DNA from: a virus
Taxonomy: Duplodnaviria > Heunggongvirae > Uroviricota > Caudoviricetes
Strand: one strand, 5' to 3'
DNA length: 64,000 nt
IMG/VR virus record: IMGVR_UViG_3300037400_003300
Location: 16,273-80,272 of that record
Of the stretch, positions 1-9,244 are shown piece by piece. The position numbers and the translations under genes are program-made. The notes under the pieces are model-generated. The model did not search any database. It saw only the letters and a list, made by a program, of their open reading frames with translations, and was not told the DNA's origin. Each line of letters begins with the position of its first letter. The stretch's first letter is position 1.

Positions 1-23
1 TGCAAAGCAGAAAGTGAGAAAAC

Positions 24-209
24 ATGAGCCTACATATTACAAATAAGGAAGTACAAAAACAAATTAAACAGCTTGGATATAAAGGATGTAAAAATTGCCA
101 ACATCAAATAGAACCATTAAGAATGTGTAAATGGGCTGAACAGGGCGGTGATGGACGTATTCATTTGATTTGCCCTATGTGGGATAAGGAAGAAAGTGAG
201 GATAAATGA
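24..209 (+). CDS. hypothetical small Cys-rich protein
   Basis: ORF track; CxxC...C motifs; GAAAGTGAG RBS-like motif upstream. Confidence 0.35.
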   Translation: MSLHITNKEVQKQIKQLGYKGCKNCQHQIEPLRMCKWAEQGGDGRIHLICPMWDKEESEDK

Positions 210-364
210 GTATTGAAGATAAAATCAGAAATGCTAAATCTAATGATTGGCTAACAGAAGGCATTCCCAAATGGCAAATATGGTTGATTGTAAGATGGGC
301 AGTATTCAAAGCGAGATTTGAACTGTTTTTGAGAAAAGTGAGGATTATAGATGGCAAAGCGTGA
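206..364 (+). CDS. hypothetical small protein
   Basis: ATGA overlap with upstream stop; 52 aa; hand-translated. Confidence 0.25.
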   Translation: MSIEDKIRNAKSNDWLTEGIPKWQIWLIVRWAVFKARFELFLRKVRIIDGKA

Positions 365-857
365 ATTGATAGATAGAAGCAACCTTGAGATTACACCAAT
401 CGCGACAGATGATTATGGCGGAAATAAAGTTGTAGCCGCAGTGCTGCTGGAAGATGTTGAAAAGGCACACGTAATCACCGAACAGGAGATAATAAAGCCC
501 TATATCGAGAAGCTGAAAGCAGATGTCGAGGCCCTCAACGCAATTAACCTTGACCTTGCAGCTGAGAACGAGGACTTGGTAGAGAGAATCGGAAAACTCA
601 TCGGATATATAGATTTCTTGAGGAACACAGCACAGGGGAAGAAGAAAAGCCTCAATCTCTTGGAGAAGGTTGTTAAAGGCGAGTTGGAAGAGATTCGAGC
701 AGAGGGAGAGAATTTTGTTAAGCTGAGAACGGGCTATATACCTATTGATGATGTAATGTCAGTGTTTGATGATTTTATGTGCGGCGAGGTGGATGAAGAG
801 GGCACAGAAACATTTTTGGAAATGCTGAAAGACAAGGCAGAAAGTGAGGAAAAATGA
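351..857 (+). CDS. hypothetical protein (paralog of 3122..3427)
   Basis: shares MAKRE...EQEI[IV]KPY[IF]EKL segment with ORF 3122. Confidence 0.45.
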   Translation: MAKRELIDRSNLEITPIATDDYGGNKVVAAVLLEDVEKAHVITEQEIIKPYIEKLKADVEALNAINLDLAAENEDLVERIGKLIGYIDFLRNTAQGKKKSLNLLEKVVKGELEEIRAEGENFVKLRTGYIPIDDVMSVFDDFMCGEVDEEGTETFLEMLKDKAESEEK

Positions 858-1387
858 AAAGATACATAGCTGCTTTAGAGATTGAAGATGATGAAGAGAT
901 TATTGATGCAAGCGTGTCTTACAGTTACAGAAGTAATGGCATGAATTACAAAGCAACAGAAAGAATGCAGCTTAAAGAAGAAAGCGAGGATGCAAGGAAT
1001 AAAACATATGAAGATGGATTAAATGATGCATGGGAAGCGGCAAGAACCGTTGTTGATTGCAAAGTGCCTTTTGATTTTTGGGAATTGTCAAGCGGGCAAT
1101 CAATGTTGGCAGTATTTAGACGATATTCGGTAAAAGAAGCGATAGAAAAGATTCGAGAATACGAGGAAGAACAGAAAAAGGCGGCTGAGATTAAGATAGG
1201 CGACAAAGTAACTGATGATGACGGATGGGAGGGCGTAGTGACGTGGATAAGCCCCGATGGCGAGTACCTATTGATAATACAGAAAGATGGAACCGCACTT
1301 CATTGGAAGAAAGAGAGTTTCAAAAAGACAGGGCGGCACTTTTCACAGATAGAAGAAGTATTAAAGCGGTTGCAGGAGGGCGAATGA
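854..1387 (+). CDS. hypothetical protein
   Basis: ORF track; start codon overlaps preceding stop (translational coupling). Confidence 0.45.
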   Translation: MKRYIAALEIEDDEEIIDASVSYSYRSNGMNYKATERMQLKEESEDARNKTYEDGLNDAWEAARTVVDCKVPFDFWELSSGQSMLAVFRRYSVKEAIEKIREYEEEQKKAAEIKIGDKVTDDDGWEGVVTWISPDGEYLLIIQKDGTALHWKKESFKKTGRHFSQIEEVLKRLQEGE

Positions 1388-1544
1388 TACAGAGACAGAA
1401 AGTGAGGAGCCATGAAACATAAGATTGATTATATGTTACAGATTATACAGTTATATTCTTACAAATTACCCACATGTAAGATTGGTAATGCTATTATGGA
1501 TTTTCGGCTAAAATACATACTGAACAGAAAGTGAGGGATAAAGA

Positions 1545-1742
1545 ATGGCTAATGCAAAGAAATGTGATATTTGCGGAGACCTGTATGAGTCTCCTATATG
1601 TAATGATGTAGTTAGAATCCATTTAGATTTCGGACATATGGGTGACCGCTATGTTGATTTATGTGATGTTTGCTACAGAAATGTTTGTAATTTTGTTAAA
1701 CCAACTCTTCCGAAAGATTGCTCAGTTGAAAGAAGAAAGTGA
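1545..1742 (+). CDS. hypothetical zinc-ribbon-like small protein
   Basis: CDICG...C...CDVC motifs. Confidence 0.4.
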   Translation: MANAKKCDICGDLYESPICNDVVRIHLDFGHMGDRYVDLCDVCYRNVCNFVKPTLPKDCSVERRK

Positions 1743-1751
1743 GAAGTAAAG

Positions 1752-1903
1752 ATGGCAACATATGAAATCACGGCAGAAATGAATTTGAAAAAGATTATCG
1801 CCGAATCAAAGGAAGTCGCACAAGCCTTAAATGACTTCGCTGATAATCTTGAACGGATTGAAAAGAAGTATGCAGAGTCGCAGAAAAGTGAGGGCGAAAA
1901 GTG
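1752..1903 (+). CDS. hypothetical small protein
   Basis: hand-translated 50-aa ORF with GAAAGTGAG motif upstream. Confidence 0.3.
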
Positions 1904-2065
1904 AAGAAACCTGCATTTGTTGAAATGGCAGAAAAAGACATGAAATTTGAAGCGGATTACGTAGTAAAAAATCTTATAGATTATGCAGAGCGAAACTGTA
2001 TTGAATATGATTTTATTTGCGAAACATTCCTAAAGGCGTTTCACAAAAGAGCAAAAGAAAAGTGA
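1901..2065 (+). CDS. hypothetical small protein
   Basis: GTG start after GAAAAGTGAGGG motif; 54 aa. Confidence 0.3.
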   Translation: MKKPAFVEMAEKDMKFEADYVVKNLIDYAERNCIEYDFICETFLKAFHKRAKEK

Positions 2066-2075
2066 GGGATAAGAA

Positions 2076-2598
2076 ATGAGTTTTTCACAACAAGTTAAAC
2101 AAAGCATAAACGGAGATGAATATTATACCCCACAAAAAGCGGTGGATATGATTATTCCATATATTCTAAGGGGGGTATAAAACAATATGGTGCCCGTTTG
2201 ATAAGGCGGATAGTAAGTTTGTAATGACTTTTAAGGATAAAGGCTTTGATGTCAGTTATGGACATATAGAAACAGGACAGGACTTTTTTGAATATCAAAA
2301 ACCAAAGGGAGATATAGTTGTATCTAATCCACCATTCAGCAAGCGAGACAAGATATTTCAAAGGTTGTATGAATGGGATATACCGTTTGCTTTGATTATC
2401 AACTTTAACGGATTGTTTGATAGCAAAAAAAGAGCAGATATTTTTAGAAAACATAAGGTTGAAGTGCTTGTGCCAAGAGGAAGAATGAAATTTTACCACA
2501 GGGATAAAGGGCTATTAAATAGTCCGAATTTTCAAAGCATATATGTCTGTAATCGGTTATTAGATAATCAGATTGTTTTTGACGAAACTACGTTTTGA
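2076..2598 (+). pseudogene. DNA N6-adenine methyltransferase (phage Dam family), frameshifted at G6 tract
   Basis: N-part MSFSQQ...DEYYTP...ILRG ends at 2180. The downstream frame opens at 2170 and gives YKTIWCPFDKADSKFV...VVSNPPFS (NPPF motif IV). One fewer G in GGGGGG (2170-2175) restores one ORF. Confidence 0.65.
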
Positions 2599-2623
2599 AC
2601 CACAGGAAAGTGAGGAATAAGGA

Positions 2624-2923
2624 ATGGCAGATATAGAGTTGGTAATTAAGATACCAGAGGAAACTGTAAATGGAATAAAGGATAATGCTATGTTCGCTAA
2701 AGATATAGCAGATCGTATTAAGTGGGATATAACAAGTGCAGTAGTCAAGGGTGTTCCACTTCCTAAAGGGCATGGGAGAATAGGAGATTTAGATGCTTTA
2801 CGATGTGAAAACACTGATTTTGATACATATAAAGACTATTGCACAATGTTTGATGAAATTGACGCGGCAGAAACAATCATAGAAGCAGATAGGAGAGAGG
2901 TAGAAGATGGGAATAACGATTGA
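2624..2923 (+). CDS. hypothetical protein
   Basis: ORF track; RBS-like motif. Confidence 0.4.
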   Translation: MADIELVIKIPEETVNGIKDNAMFAKDIADRIKWDITSAVVKGVPLPKGHGRIGDLDALRCENTDFDTYKDYCTMFDEIDAAETIIEADRREVEDGNND

Positions 2924-3098
2924 TGAAGATATGGCAAACAAAGTGATAGATAAGTTGCCCTCTGCAATACCACTATCCGAACATGAAAAGTTTATATTAT
3001 CTCAAATGGTTAATTCTGATGCAAAAACCATTGAAGAGATTGGTCTAATGTATCAAAAACAGTTAGCTGAAATATATCAACAACAGGATTTTACTTGA
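2907..3098 (+). CDS. hypothetical protein
   Basis: ORF track. Confidence 0.35.
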   Translation: MGITIDEDMANKVIDKLPSAIPLSEHEKFILSQMVNSDAKTIEEIGLMYQKQLAEIYQQQDFT

Positions 3099-3121
3099 AT
3101 CGTTAAAGGAGGACAGGAGTA

Positions 3122-3427
3122 ATGGCGAAGCGTGAATTTATATCAAGAGAAGAAGCGTTATCACATCCGTTCGCTAATGGCAAATACGACCATAAAAACG
3201 CAGATATAAACTTTATATTAGGACACGAAAGCTATAAAGAATGGTTGGAAACCTTTCCTGTGTTTACCGAGCAGGAGATAGTTAAGCCTTATTTTGAGAA
3301 GTTGACAACTAAAATACAGCAACTAAGAGGTTGCTCATGTTCAAATTCAGATGGAGTTATTGATGATATAGAAGATATAATAGACAACCTATTATCAGAA
3401 CAGGAGGTGCAGGAAGATGGCAAATAG
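3122..3427 (+). CDS. hypothetical protein (paralog of 351..857)
   Basis: AGGAGG RBS; shared motif with ORF 351. Confidence 0.45.
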   Translation: MAKREFISREEALSHPFANGKYDHKNADINFILGHESYKEWLETFPVFTEQEIVKPYFEKLTTKIQQLRGCSCSNSDGVIDDIEDIIDNLLSEQEVQEDGK

Positions 3428-3668
3428 GTGTTTATTAGCAAAGACTAGATTAGAAGAGTTTAAGCAATGGCTAATTGCTAAAGGATGGCAAATACAGGAG
3501 CCAAAAGGAGAATATGAAGTATTGAGAGCTGTTAATAAAGAAATACGCAAAAAGCCACTTATAATCTTTACCAGAATTGATGCCAAGGTGCATTACAGCA
3601 TTCAGGATAGTGACACGGGTATTATAAGAGAATTTTTAGCTGAGGGCAGAGAGAATGACGTTAACTGA
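3417..3668 (+). CDS. hypothetical protein
   Basis: ORF track. Confidence 0.4.
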   Translation: MANRCLLAKTRLEEFKQWLIAKGWQIQEPKGEYEVLRAVNKEIRKKPLIIFTRIDAKVHYSIQDSDTGIIREFLAEGRENDVN

Positions 3669-3915
3669 TTACATGAAAGAAAAGTATGATAACCGGGAAG
3701 ATAAAGATAATATATTTGGCGTTGGTATAACAGATGCAGAGTTCATACATTTTGCGATAGAGTATCTTCTTGGCGAAAATTGGTACGTTGTAGATCCTTT
3801 GGGAAAGAATCAGATTAACGAAATTGCCTTATATGAAATTCTTGAGAAGTATTCAAAGAGATATAAAAAAGAGATTAGAGCAAATGAACGAAGAAAGAAA
3901 ATGCAAGGAATGTAA
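3655..3915 (+). CDS. hypothetical protein
   Basis: ORF track. Confidence 0.4.
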   Translation: MTLTDYMKEKYDNREDKDNIFGVGITDAEFIHFAIEYLLGENWYVVDPLGKNQINEIALYEILEKYSKRYKKEIRANERRKKMQGM

Positions 3916-4033
3916 GCATTTTAAGCTTGTTAGCCATTCGCATATTATGGACAAAGATAGATTTCCTATTTGGTCATGTGAGAAGTGGGATTGCGAATTT
4001 GAAAAGGAAGAAAAAGATGAAGATAACAATTGA
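3884..4033 (+). CDS. hypothetical Cys-rich small protein
   Basis: CKECKHF...WSCEKWDC; likely internal start of ORF 3824. Confidence 0.3.
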   Translation: MNEERKCKECKHFKLVSHSHIMDKDRFPIWSCEKWDCEFEKEEKDEDNN

Positions 4034-4196
4034 TTGGTCTATCAGAGTCCCAAATTTTATTGCACCGTACATACCAAACATTGTTTATAAATTTTGTGAT
4101 GTAATAGTAAAGGTCAGAACCGGAGAGCCACTTAGTAATAAAAGCGTAAGAACGTATCTTGTAAAAAAACAAAAAAAGAAAGATATGCACGCATAA
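4018..4196 (+). CDS. hypothetical small basic protein
   Basis: internal ATG of ORF 3927; ends in a K-rich tail. Confidence 0.3.
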
Positions 4197-4223
4197 CTTA
4201 TCACGGTCAATTATGGGAAAGGA

Positions 4224-4409
4224 TTGGATAAAAATATGGGCGGAAAATATTCTATTCATGCAAGAAATTATAAAGATAAAGTATGGATGATTGGATTGTT
4301 CACTGATAATTTACTACAAGCTATTTTTACCTGGATTAAAGCATTATTTCTCTATGATCTAGTTGATTTTACAACAAGGAGAGAACGTGATGAGAAAAAT
4401 AGTGATTGA
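4224..4409 (+). CDS. hypothetical protein
   Basis: ORF track. Confidence 0.3.
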   Translation: MDKNMGGKYSIHARNYKDKVWMIGLFTDNLLQAIFTWIKALFLYDLVDFTTRRERDEKNSD

Positions 4410-4654
4410 TATATCAGATAAAGCATACGCTCATACATAAAATCTAGGATGTATATGGCACCAAGATAATAAGGAGATTGCAAATGCAATAAATGATGGC
4501 AAAGTGCTACCGACATTTAAAACTAAAGGAGATATGGTCATATATATGCTAGGCCGATTTGTTTATTCTTGTAACCTTGATAATGGTTTTATTGAAGTAT
4601 GCTTACAAAAAGGTGACGAGGAGATTATTATAACCTGTAGCGAAGCGTGGTGGA

Positions 4655-4951
4655 ATGCACCATATGAAGAATGACATAGGAGATGATAACTTGATTAAAG
4701 AATTAATGCAGGAATGGATACTAGAACGCAATGTAGTAATAAGAAGCTTAGATGTTGAAAAATTTAAAGCATTTTGGAAAAAATGGAGTGCAAGAGGATT
4801 TTATAGAAATGGGCTTCCGCTTCCGGATGATGAAGTAATCGAAATATCACTTTATAAGATGCTCTATAATTTAGAAAGCGCAACAGAAGAAGAAAAAAAT
4901 AAAGCAAAAGAGTGGCTTGAAAGTAGGGGCTATGACATATATGTAATGTAG
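4655..4951 (+). CDS. hypothetical protein
   Basis: ORF track. Confidence 0.4.
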   Translation: MHHMKNDIGDDNLIKELMQEWILERNVVIRSLDVEKFKAFWKKWSARGFYRNGLPLPDDEVIEISLYKMLYNLESATEEEKNKAKEWLESRGYDIYVM

Positions 4952-4961
4952 GGGAGAAAAA

Positions 4962-5294
4962 ATGACAATATTAAATGAAAGGGAATACCGTATTTTCTTA
5001 TCAGCTATGAGTAGAGAAGAAAAGGTATGTAGACTCTTAGATGATAAAGACGGGTATCAGAATAAAGGAATAAAGTTAGTTCCGATATGCAAAAGTATAA
5101 AACATAAAGTTAAATCTGCGGTTCCGGCCAAGTATGCATATTGGGAAAATGCAAGGACTGAAGGTAAATATAAATGTTCTGCATGTAAAGGAAAACACAT
5201 AGATCCTGAAGAGGGTGAATGGGAAGAAGTATTTGATTATAGATATAAGTATTGCCCAAATTGCGGAGCACAAATGGATATTGGAAGGGATTAG
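4962..5294 (+). CDS. hypothetical zinc-ribbon protein
   Basis: CSACKGKH...CPNCGAQM. Confidence 0.45.
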   Translation: MTILNEREYRIFLSAMSREEKVCRLLDDKDGYQNKGIKLVPICKSIKHKVKSAVPAKYAYWENARTEGKYKCSACKGKHIDPEEGEWEEVFDYRYKYCPNCGAQMDIGRD

Positions 5295-5339
5295 ATGCTA
5301 TGTATTGTCATGCATAGAAAATGATAAAAGGGGGTATAA

Positions 5340-5762
5340 ATGACATTTTATGAAGCTTGTAAAGAGATTGAAAACATATCATTTGTAGATCCTGAAATAA
5401 TTAATAGTTCGCGTAGCCAATCATTGAAAGATCGAAAGCAAACATTAGCAGCTCTTACAATTTTAGAGTTAGCACAAAAAGGTAAACTATTTTCTAAAGA
5501 ATATGTAGATCAGGTGTTGTGGGAAAGAGATATAGCCACAACGCAGCTTGACGAAATAGGAAAAAGCCTTGGTGAAAAAATGGATGATGTAAAAACTGTA
5601 ATTACTGCAAGATGGATAGAAAAAAGACACGGATACTTTGAATGTTTAAATTGTCATTGTGATACCAACAGACTTGATAAACATGGCTACCCTATAGGAC
5701 AAGACGTAAAACATAATAGACCAAAATATTGTCCACATTGCGGAGCAATTATGGAGGAATGA
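5340..5762 (+). CDS. hypothetical protein with C-terminal zinc ribbon
   Basis: CLNCHC...CPHCGAIM. Confidence 0.45.
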   Translation: MTFYEACKEIENISFVDPEIINSSRSQSLKDRKQTLAALTILELAQKGKLFSKEYVDQVLWERDIATTQLDEIGKSLGEKMDDVKTVITARWIEKRHGYFECLNCHCDTNRLDKHGYPIGQDVKHNRPKYCPHCGAIMEE

Positions 5763-5765
5763 ATT

Positions 5766-5984
5766 ATGAAGATTACGCTTGGCATATCAGTAATATTGAT
5801 CGTTTATTATTTAGGATATTCCATAGGTTTTAAATCCGGTGTTAGAGCATTTGTAGAAGAACTTAATAAGATGTCAAAAGAGTTTTTAGATAAGACAAAT
5901 GAACTTAAGAAGGAAGTTAATAAGACAAAGGAACTTGAAAAAGAATTTGAAAAAGAAAACAATATTATAAAGGAATGTGAATGA
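5766..5984 (+). CDS. small membrane / coiled-coil protein
   Basis: N-terminal TM helix, KE-rich C-terminus. Confidence 0.4.
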   Translation: MKITLGISVILIVYYLGYSIGFKSGVRAFVEELNKMSKEFLDKTNELKKEVNKTKELEKEFEKENNIIKECE

Positions 5985-6421
5985 TGACTAATTATAATGA
6001 TCTGAACATTTTTGAGAAAGCTAATCTTGCCAGGGATTTAAACATGGATACTGTTGACCAAGTAGCTGCAATGATAAATGCTAAGACAACCAATAGAAGT
6101 CAAAGAAGAAGGCTTGAAAAATCCTTAAAGAGAGTAAATACAATTTACAGTCACGTTCAAAATAGAGTTGATAGAAGCGCTTATACACAGTATCAAAAAG
6201 CAGTTGACGAAAATTTTCTTCACTTCTACTCTATTCTAGCTCTTACGATGAAAGAAGATTATCACTGGAGAGAAGATGAAACACACGATCAGATAAGCTC
6301 ACTTTTGGAAAAAGTAGATAATAAGATAAATAAGTATGCTGAAAAGGGATATAATACAAAAGATTTAGTTAAACTTTTAGATGAAACATGTGATATTAAA
6401 CTCATAGCTGATACTCATTAA
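5981..6421 (+). CDS. hypothetical protein
   Basis: ORF track. Confidence 0.45.
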   Translation: MMTNYNDLNIFEKANLARDLNMDTVDQVAAMINAKTTNRSQRRRLEKSLKRVNTIYSHVQNRVDRSAYTQYQKAVDENFLHFYSILALTMKEDYHWREDETHDQISSLLEKVDNKINKYAEKGYNTKDLVKLLDETCDIKLIADTH

Positions 6422-6426
6422 AAAAA

Positions 6427-6483
6427 TTTTCGGAATCCGAAATTATTGACAAAACTTTAACAGTTTTTTCGGAATCCGAAAAT
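6427..6483. promoter_or_regulatory. two copies of 17-bp palindrome TTTTCGGAATCCGAAAA (parS-like / ParB operator) downstream of parB
   Basis: perfect palindromes at ~6427-6443 and ~6466-6482; third copy at 8581. Confidence 0.5.
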
Positions 6484-6503
6484 TTTTAAGTGGAGGCAAA
6501 TTA

Positions 6504-7757
6504 TTATATTTTCTGTGCCTGAATGGTACTTATCTGATTAACAATATCATCAAGATTACCGGCCTTGTCATATGCTATAGCAAGCTTTTTAAGCTGTCCC
6601 GGATTTAACCTCATTAGATCATTATCATCAATCTTTGTATCTGCGAAAACTTCCACTCCTTTATATTTTCCTGCCATAAGTTCAGCAAAAATATAAGCGT
6701 TTTCTAAAATCAGTCTAATATCATTATATTCAGCCATAAGACTATTTATCTCTTTTGGCTTTAGATCATCTAACTGATTGCTTTGAATTGTTTTTCTAAA
6801 AGCAGAAAACTTAGAAGAATACTTATCAAATAAAGTAAGATTCTTTTTATCATCTGTTTTAACCGGCGAATCTTTCTCTTCATTTGGTCTTGCAGAAAAT
6901 AAAGCAGCAATAAGCGAAGATACTTTTGCTTGTCTAATAGAATCGTCATAACTTTTATCAAAATCATCGGTACTATGAAGCTGTTTAAGAAGCTTATCAA
7001 CATCTTTTCCAAGAAGCTTATGCCCATTTTTTACAGCGTCCATAATAGCCTTAACAATAATCTTCTGACTATCCTTATCGTAGCTACAGATAGAAGCCGC
7101 CTGCTCGATAAGAATTACACCATCACGTTCTGCTTCTATAAGTTCATCACAAGCCTTTAATAGCGATTTATATTTCCATACAGTGTTTTTCTTGGCATTA
7201 AATTCATCGCAAACAATATTGTCAATCTGAGCCTGACTTTTTATTCCTTGCTTGCGTAAGATGTTTTCAAGATATTTAATCTGATGTGCGATATAAATAT
7301 CTCCACCTTCAGCAGATGCCTTGATAGAGCCTCTTGAGTGTATGTTTGCCCTTAAAAACTGTAATCGTCTGTCAATCTCGTCTTTAGGATATGGATAAAC
7401 GTCACATTTTACCTTTTCCTTTTTTAGATATTTCATCGCGGCTACTCTTCGGTGTCCGGAATAGATCATGAATTTACCTGAATCTTCACCGGAAAGTTCC
7501 CAGACTTCAACAGCAGTCTTAAAGCCAACTTCTTCAATTCCCTTTGCAAGATTAGAAATAGAATCGTCTGTTACCGGGCCAAAAACATAATCATTACCAA
7601 AGCCATCACTATCTATATAATCAACTAAAAGATCAATAGATATTTCCCTATCTGCGTTTTGAGGTTCAATTTTTGATTCTTTGATTATTTCTTTTTCCTG
7701 TTCTTGTTTTAAAGAAACCTTTTTCACATTGGAAAAAAAATCATTTGCCACTACCAA
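6504..7757 (-). CDS. parB: ParB-like partition protein
   Basis: YSGHRRVAAMKYL ParB-box motif; overlaps parA stop. Confidence 0.8.
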   Translation of the reverse strand: MVVANDFFSNVKKVSLKQEQEKEIIKESKIEPQNADREISIDLLVDYIDSDGFGNDYVFGPVTDDSISNLAKGIEEVGFKTAVEVWELSGEDSGKFMIYSGHRRVAAMKYLKKEKVKCDVYPYPKDEIDRRLQFLRANIHSRGSIKASAEGGDIYIAHQIKYLENILRKQGIKSQAQIDNIVCDEFNAKKNTVWKYKSLLKACDELIEAERDGVILIEQAASICSYDKDSQKIIVKAIMDAVKNGHKLLGKDVDKLLKQLHSTDDFDKSYDDSIRQAKVSSLIAALFSARPNEEKDSPVKTDDKKNLTLFDKYSSKFSAFRKTIQSNQLDDLKPKEINSLMAEYNDIRLILENAYIFAELMAGKYKGVEVFADTKIDDNDLMRLNPGQLKKLAIAYDKAGNLDDIVNQISTIQAQKI

Positions 7758-8559
7758 TTACCTCCAAAAGTTCAGCTGCAAATTCTCTATAATCGTCAGC
7801 ACCATTATTTGAGCCGTAGTTATATATTGAGCCTTTTGATAAAGCAACTTTCTTATCTGCAAGCTTAGTAACATCGGATATGTTCATAAAGCCTTGTACT
7901 TTCGGAATTGCCGCTGAGTCACGAATCGTTGTATTGAATGTATGAACAATAGATTCGTCAAGTCCTTTAAATTGTTCCTTGATATTACTCTGAACGGATT
8001 TTTTTCGTTCATATTTCGTGAGAAGAACACCATAAACTTCAAGTGAAGGATTAAGTTCTTCTTGAATTTCACCAATATTCTCTAAAAGAGATGCAAGACC
8101 ATCAATAGCAAAGGTCTCCGGTTCCATTGGAATAATTATGCCATTGGATGCAGTTAATACATTATCCATCATTATGCCTGCTGAGGGACCAGAATCCATG
8201 ACTATAACATCATAATCTTTTTCAATCGGCATGATTGCATTTTTTAATTTAGTTTCCCTTGCTTTAGCATTGATAAGTTCACCGATTGCTAATTTGAGTT
8301 TATTATTTGCCGGGGCTATGTCACCCATAGCATTGCCTTTAACTATGATCTCTGAAAGAGGAACTTTTTTTAAGATAGCATCATAGATAGTAAGCTCGTT
8401 TTCATTTACTTGAAAAACTTTACTAGAATTTCCCTGGGGATCGAAGTCGATAAGTAAGACCTTATAACCAATTTGAGTTAATGCGTCTGTAAGACAGATA
8501 GCAGTAGTTGTTTTACCTACACCACCCTTTTGATTTACAATTCCAATTTTAATAGCCAT
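7741..8559 (-). CDS. parA: ParA/Soj-type partition ATPase
   Basis: deviant Walker A KGGVGKTTT at N-terminus. Confidence 0.85.
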   Translation of the reverse strand: MAIKIGIVNQKGGVGKTTTAICLTDALTQIGYKVLLIDFDPQGNSSKVFQVNENELTIYDAILKKVPLSEIIVKGNAMGDIAPANNKLKLAIGELINAKARETKLKNAIMPIEKDYDVIVMDSGPSAGIMMDNVLTASNGIIIPMEPETFAIDGLASLLENIGEIQEELNPSLEVYGVLLTKYERKKSVQSNIKEQFKGLDESIVHTFNTTIRDSAAIPKVQGFMNISDVTKLADKKVALSKGSIYNYGSNNGADDYREFAAELLEVIGSGK

Positions 8560-8580
8560 TTTTTAACCATCCTCTCTTAA

Positions 8581-8597
8581 TTTTCGGAATCCGAAAA
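8581..8597. promoter_or_regulatory. third TTTTCGGAATCCGAAAA palindrome in parA promoter region
   Basis: identical palindrome 22 bp upstream of parA start codon. Confidence 0.45.
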
Positions 8598-8628
8598 TAT
8601 TGATAAATATTTAACAATGTTTATATAA

Positions 8629-8819
8629 TCAGTTCCAATCTAAGTTAATTTTCTTTTTCTTTTTTGCACAGTAGATTAGATATTGATTGATAAGTGTCTG
8701 ATAGGGAATACCAGATACAGAAGCCTGATCTCTAAAGTATTTGACAGCATCAGCACTTACTTCCATTGTTACCCTTTGTTTTTTGATAAAAGGGATTTCG
8801 GTTTGAGAATCCATCATTG
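8629..8819 (-). CDS. BrnA/CopG-like ribbon-helix-helix protein (orphan antitoxin-like)
   Basis: VTMEVSADAVKYFRDQ...GIPYQTLINQYL motif; GGAGG RBS before MMDSQ; TGTGTATAAT extended -10 upstream. Confidence 0.5.
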
Positions 8820-9077
8820 CATACCTCCATAATAGATTTTCAATTAAAAATCGAATATGCAAATTATACACATTAAAAATACATTTGGCAAGAGTTAATT
8901 TTATTTTGGCAACAACAATCCCTTTTTTGTTGTTGTTTATAAAAGAGTAAATTAATAGATAAAGTATATTAATAATAGATACGTATATTAATAAATATAA
9001 TATATAACAACAATATTCTTTTATTAATTAGGGAAACAAGAAATGGCTTAAATACTGGGTTTGAGGCGCGTTAGTGT

Positions 9078-9244
9078 GTGCAAATATGGGAGTAATTGCG
9101 TGCAAATATGGGAATAATTGCGTCTAAATATGGGAGTAATTGTGTGCAAATAGCGGATTTTTCCAAAAAATAAATTGTGTATTAAAAGCGGAAAAGTTGT
9201 GTGCAAATATGGGAGTAATTGTGTGCAAATTTGGGAGCGGTGAA
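9078..9244. repeat. iterons: 4 tandem + 2 further 22-bp repeats GTGCAAATATGGGAGTAATTG(C/T)
   Basis: direct repeats at 9078, 9100, 9122, 9144 (partial), 9201, 9223; AT-rich surroundings; upstream of rep. Confidence 0.7.

Noticed and set aside
8880-9050. AT-rich tract considered as a CRISPR leader or prophage att site
   Set aside because: Its position between the par and rep genes and its adjacency to the iterons fit a replication-origin unwinding region.
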